From the UHGV virus genome UHGV-0207576: a DNA stretch of 19,100 nt. The stretch is one strand, 5' to 3'. This DNA comes from a virus. A program made the translations under genes and the position numbers. Under the pieces are notes generated by a model. That model was not told the origin of the DNA, made no database searches, and was given only the letters and a program-made list of their open reading frames with translations. Positions within the stretch are counted from its first letter, which is position 1. Every line of letters begins with the position of its first letter. Shown here in pieces: positions 16,491 to 19,100 of the stretch.

Positions 16491-17138
16491 ATGACTAGAA
16501 ATGATGATGCTTTTTCTTTTGTCGACCGGGGAAAAGAAAGTTTCAGAGAGCGTTTAGTAAAGCTGATAGGTAACCGTAGTGTCAGAACTGCTGCGAGTGA
16601 TTGGGGAATCCCCCCTTCAACCTTAAACAACTACATTCATAAAGGAACAGAGCCTTCTTTTAAAATAGCTTGCCTTATCTCAGATAAAGAACAAGTGAGC
16701 TTAAATTGGCTCGCTTACGGTGAGGAACCCATCGCCAAAGAAAGTTCTCTATCAAATCAAACAGCGCAGCCTTCTCCCGATATTACAAACGAGCTAGTTA
16801 ACGAGTTATTGAAAAGAGCGTCCACAGAAGATAAGGAACAGTTGATAAGTGCAATATGCGATATGGGCATTAAAGGAATCTTGGAACGCCTACAGCAACC
16901 CACCAGGCAAACTAAGCAAGCCGATAGCGAACTTGAGGAGCAAAGAAAGGCCATTCAAAGCCTGAACATCAGGCAATCGCTTAAAGACGCTGTTTGCATG
17001 GCATTAGCTGGCGATGAGGAAAATGACAAAGAGATTTTGCGCCGCGCCAAAGCCATTTTCTGTGCTGGAACACCAGGTGATCGCGTTCCCGTCACACCGG
17101 AGCAAGAAACTAAGCCTGTAAACAAGAAATCAGCATAA
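16491..17138 (+). CDS. Prophage repressor (c-like) with CI-type HTH domain
   Basis: 215 aa; N-terminal ...SDWGIPPSTLNNYIHKGTEPSFKIACLISDKEQVSLNWLAYGE matches the 186/P2 CI-repressor HTH pattern; divergent from ner-A-B and pointing to the prophage end, as Mu c does. Confidence 0.75.
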   Translation: MTRNDDAFSFVDRGKESFRERLVKLIGNRSVRTAASDWGIPPSTLNNYIHKGTEPSFKIACLISDKEQVSLNWLAYGEEPIAKESSLSNQTAQPSPDITNELVNELLKRASTEDKEQLISAICDMGIKGILERLQQPTRQTKQADSELEEQRKAIQSLNIRQSLKDAVCMALAGDEENDKEILRRAKAIFCAGTPGDRVPVTPEQETKPVNKKSA

Positions 17139-17298
17139 GCGCCTCGTTTTGGCGGGGCGTGTGCTGTTAGCTAATCAGCAATAACCACAACAAAACCGAA
17201 CACAACAGATGAGAACAAATTGAGGAAAACGGGTAAGGATAAAACTCTTTTTAAAAGCATTTAAAACCCGTTAAGTTTGTAGCAGAACCAGATCAAAA

Positions 17299-17450
17299 GC
17301 GCCCAGAAAAAAGCGCAAAAAAAAGCGTTTTTGGTCATTTCTCACAAATCCGCCCAGAATCACGCTAAATCACCACACCCCGCGCCACACAAGGCTTGCC
17401 GGTTCTACCAGGCTGCACTAACTCCGCCCAGAATTGATCACTACCCCACA
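17299..17450 (-). repeat. Prophage left end (attL-like) with three direct transposase-binding-type repeats
   Basis: Plus-strand cores (g/c)cgcccagaa at 17299-17308, 17350-17359 and 17424-17433 (TTCTGGGCG in element orientation); spacing resembles Mu L3, L2, L1; sequence ends ...cca-ca at 17448-17450. Confidence 0.55.
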
Positions 17451-18025
17451 ATTCCCGGAAGATTTAGTGGATTAAAAAGAAGATTGATATTAAGCATTGA
17501 TATTATCGAAGGAAACTTTAGGAGACTCTCATTTTTTTGAATCGCAGCAAAAATGCTCCCGACAGGATGTATATAATTTTGTTCATAGTATATAGTCCTT
17601 AAATAGTGAATAACCAACCTGTTTTTTATACTGATCAAATTGGTCATTTTTTCTGGGCGAAATACAGAAGTGACATCCATTCCAATAAAATCTTTATTTA
17701 TACCTCTTATCCGAATTTCACTACCATAAAGATTATTAATTATTACTCTATATTTAACATTGTCCTGCAGATATGTATCAAAACTAAGTGCTGGCGCTCC
17801 TGGCTTTGAGGCATCATAGTTAATGTTAGACATATAGGCAATCATATAATTAAAGTTTGATTCTGCTATTTCATCGCAGTCACATTGACCCGTTGATATA
17901 AAGAAAGTGAGTGCTGTCATAGTAGACTGCAGCCTTTCTTTAAAAGAGTCGAAAGCCAGGCTTTTAATATTTAAATCACCATAATTACTCTGTATTAAGT
18001 TTGTAGAAAACATCTCCCGCCTCAT
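17441..18025 (-). pseudogene. AT-rich host ORF apparently interrupted at its 3' end by the prophage insertion (possibly ydjO-like, unverified)
   Basis: 194-codon ORF begins 277 bp from cedA and reads straight into the predicted prophage terminus, stopping 3 codons inside it; markedly AT-rich compared with the prophage. Confidence 0.45.
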
Positions 18026-18271
18026 ATTGTTAACAAAATTATTATCTCATTTAAATCTAAGTCATTTACAATATAAGTTTAAGAGCGACGCCACAGGATG
18101 AACTATCAAAAATAGCTCATCATGATTAGCAAAACTTAATCATTTTAAAATAAATAAACAATTAAAGAAAAAAGATCACTTATTTATAGCAATAGATCGT
18201 CAAAGGCAGCTTTTTGTTACAGGTGGTTTGAATGAATGTAGCAACGAAATACAGAATTTCAGGTCATGTAA

Positions 18272-18290
18272 CTCCCGGCAAAACCGGGAG
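18272..18290 (-). terminator. Hairpin downstream of cedA (possible terminator)
   Basis: ctcccgg-caaaa-ccgggag, 7-bp stem, 12 nt after the cedA stop; no clear T tract. Confidence 0.3.
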
Positions 18291-18301
18291 GTATGTAATC
18301 C

Positions 18302-18544
18302 TTACTCAGTCACTTCCCCTTCCTGGCGGATCTGATTTGCCCAACGTTGGGCAGATTCAGGCACAGTAAACGCCGGTGAGCGCAGAAATGACTCTCCCAT
18401 CAGTACAAACGCAACATATTTGCCACGCAGCATCCAGACATCACGAAACGAATCCATCTTTATCGCATGTTCTGGCGGCGCGGGTTCCGTGCGTGGGACA
18501 TAGCTAATAATCTGGCGGTTTTGCTGGCGGAGCGGTTTCTTCAT
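18302..18544 (-). CDS. cedA: Cell division activator CedA
   Basis: Translation MKKPLRQQNRQIISYVPRTEPAPPEHAIKMDSFRDVWMLRGKYVAFVLMGESFLRSPAFTVPESAQRWANQIRQEGEVTE matches E. coli CedA as I recall it (80 aa); an upstream in-frame ATG at 18565 would give 87 aa. Confidence 0.85.
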   Translation of the reverse strand: MKKPLRQQNRQIISYVPRTEPAPPEHAIKMDSFRDVWMLRGKYVAFVLMGESFLRSPAFTVPESAQRWANQIRQEGEVTE

Positions 18545-18747
18545 TACTGGCTTCACTAAACGCATATTAAAAATCAGAAAAACTGTAGTTTAGCCGATTT
18601 AGCCCCTGTACGTCCCGCTTTGCGTGTATTTCATAACACCGTTTCCAGAATAGTCTCCGAAGCGGGATCTGGCTGGTGGTCTATAGTTAGAGAGTTTTTT
18701 GACCAAAACAGCGGCCCTTTCAGTAATAAATTAAGGAGACGAGTTCA

Positions 18748-19100
18748 ATGTCGCAACATAACGAAAAGAACCCACATCAGCACCAGTCACCACTACACGA
18801 TTCCAGCGAAGCGAAACCGGGGATGGACTCACTGGCACCTGAGGACGGCTCTCATCGTCCAGCGGCTGAACCAACACCGCCAGGTGCACAACCTACCGCC
18901 CCAGGGAGCCTGAAAGCCCCTGATACGCGTAACGAAAAACTTAATTCTCTGGAAGACGTACGCAAAGGCAGTGAAAATTATGCGCTGACCACTAATCAGG
19001 GCGTGCGCATCGCCGACGATCAAAACTCACTGCGTGCCGGTAGCCGTGGTCCAACGCTGCTGGAAGATTTTATTCTGCGCGAGAAAATCACCCACTTTGA
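18748..19100 (+). CDS. katE: Catalase HPII, N-terminal part (continues beyond window)
   Basis: Translation [117 protein letters not shown] matches the E. coli KatE N terminus; divergent from cedA as in E. coli. Confidence 0.9.

Larger units (their letters stand above)
1..17450 (-). mobile_element. Mu-like transposable prophage, left ~17.4 kb (extends beyond window start); lacks head/sheath/tube module
   Basis: c, ner, A, B gene order, attL-like repeats, Mu gp42-48-like tail module and invertible fibre segment; abrupt composition change to AT-rich host DNA at ~17450. Confidence 0.8.

Noticed and set aside
17139-17300. Inverted AACGGGT/ACCCGTT elements and GC-rich hairpin after the repressor gene as operators or a terminator
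   Set aside because: Short arms (7 bp) with a ~30-nt spacer and no T tract; they lie downstream of the repressor gene rather than in the control region. Evidence too weak to call.
17632-17665. Extra TTCTGGGCG motif in inverted orientation, with a TTGGTCATTT 10-mer also present at 17331-17340, about 200 bp outside the predicted prophage end
   Set aside because: It could hint at a second end or that the terminus lies further out. But the 10-mer is a direct repeat and the 9-mer is inverted, so they do not form a coherent copy of an end site, and the region is AT-rich low-complexity DNA inside the host ORF. Judged most likely chance similarity; a homology search could reopen it.
1-19100. CRISPR arrays, tRNA or rRNA genes, integrase/att sites of tyrosine-recombinase type
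   Set aside because: No regularly spaced direct repeats with spacers, no cloverleaf-like conserved tRNA stretches and no integrase-like ORF were seen; the element carries a transposase and end repeats instead.

Overview
The window holds the left ~17.4 kb of a Mu-like transposable prophage, inverted relative to Mu convention (early and late genes on the minus strand), plus about 1.6 kb of host flank ending in cedA and the 5' end of katE. Read from the right: a prophage end with three direct TTCTGGGCG-type repeats (~17300-17450), a CI-type repressor (+), then divergently Ner-like, MuA-like DDE transposase, MuB-like AAA+ ATPase and small early genes (16308 down to 11570). Next comes a block of small tightly coupled accessory genes with a lambdoid flavour (Ea22-like, DUF2786-like; 11429 down to 8880). 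It joins directly onto a contractile-tail distal module: the 3' part of a tail chaperone, tape measure, Mu gp43-48-like baseplate genes, and a tail fibre whose variable end sits in a Gin/Pin-type invertible segment (about 1-1891). No terminase, portal, capsid, sheath or tube gene lies between the transposition module and the tape measure, so the element looks deleted or mosaic and probably defective. The prophage end appears to interrupt an AT-rich host ORF just upstream of cedA. All calls are from reading the sequence and ORF translations; no database search was run.
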